55,033 bases of DNA from an uncultured Actinomycetota bacterium (GTDB taxonomy: Bacteria; Actinomycetota; Nitriliruptoria; Euzebyales; Egibacteraceae). Below are positions 54,987 through 55,033 of the stretch, piece by piece. Position 1 is the first letter of the stretch; each line of letters opens with the position of its first letter. A model generated the notes under the pieces. It made no database searches. It was not told the DNA's origin and saw only the letters and a list, made by a program, of their open reading frames with translations. The stretch is from positions 1 to 55,033 of the forward strand of contig CAZVUW010000009.1 of assembly GCA_964629825.1 (NCBI GenBank). The letters are read 5' to 3'. The translations under genes were made by a program, and so were the position numbers.

Positions 54987-55033
54987 CGAGACGCGCGGCC
55001 AGACGCCGCCCGGCCACGGACCCGGCGGCGTCG

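Noticed and set aside
1-55033. I looked for mobile-element hallmarks (transposase, integrase, phage genes, flanking tRNA), rRNA/tRNA genes, CRISPR-cas, and T6SS/T7SS genes near the RHS toxin
   Set aside because: I recognised none in any frame or by eye in the intergenic regions. The RHS and glycan regions show no obvious compositional break by eye, but GC and codon statistics were not computed.

Overview
Window of about 55 kb of very GC-rich, gene-dense DNA (GC judged by eye at well above 65 %, not computed). It looks like a chromosome from a high-GC Gram-positive (Actinomycetota-like) organism; many genes have GTG or TTG starts and 4-nt GTGA/ATGA stop-start overlaps. I saw no rRNA, tRNA, CRISPR array, transposase or integrase. 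All domain calls come from reading motifs in the supplied translations; no searches were run. The six-frame track is full of long shadow ORFs typical of GC-rich DNA, so several track ORFs were trimmed to internal starts. Layout: (1) 0-13.4 kb is a mixed neighbourhood. It holds a membrane-anchored sulfite-oxidase-fold molybdoenzyme that is GTGA-coupled to a tiny lipoprotein made of Met-containing heptad repeats, next to a divergent OmpR/histidine-kinase pair. It also holds a GlsB/YmgE-type small membrane protein, an Erm-like rRNA methyltransferase, a TetR regulator divergent from a DrrAB-like ABC exporter, a well-supported small ORF, an alpha/beta-hydrolase lipoprotein, an NDP-hexose pyrophosphorylase, a hypothetical protein and RarA. 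(2) 13.4-39.6 kb is a large ABC-transporter-dependent (Wzm/Wzt-type) glycan assembly locus. It contains a polyprenyl-phosphate sugar-1-phosphate transferase and about 15 glycosyltransferase modules packed into 9 mostly multidomain proteins. It also contains a sulfotransferase fused to a long coiled coil and a terminal amphipathic helix, a Wzt ATPase whose C-terminal domain looks like a degenerate sulfotransferase fold, a kinase-like/methyltransferase fusion and a membrane alkaline-phosphatase-superfamily transferase. (3) 39.9-51.6 kb holds a 3,529-aa Sec-signal RHS polymorphic toxin (propeller, vWA, PKD-like and nine cadherin-like repeats, then the RHS cage). Its C-terminal tip has a hydrophobic segment followed by a HYD1-like ADP-ribosyltransferase-type module, and it is GTGA-coupled to a 357-aa cytoplasmic beta-propeller-like candidate immunity protein. 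(4) 51.6-55 kb holds a secreted beta-helix protein with three CWB2 cell-wall-binding repeats, a small membrane protein and an ExoA-like GT2. The best candidates for undescribed biology are the RHS toxin tip with its propeller immunity pair and the apparent sulfate writer/ruler/reader logic of the glycan locus. Two further candidates are the Met-repeat lipoprotein/molybdoenzyme pair and a dispersed perfect-hairpin repeat family with compensatory stem changes.
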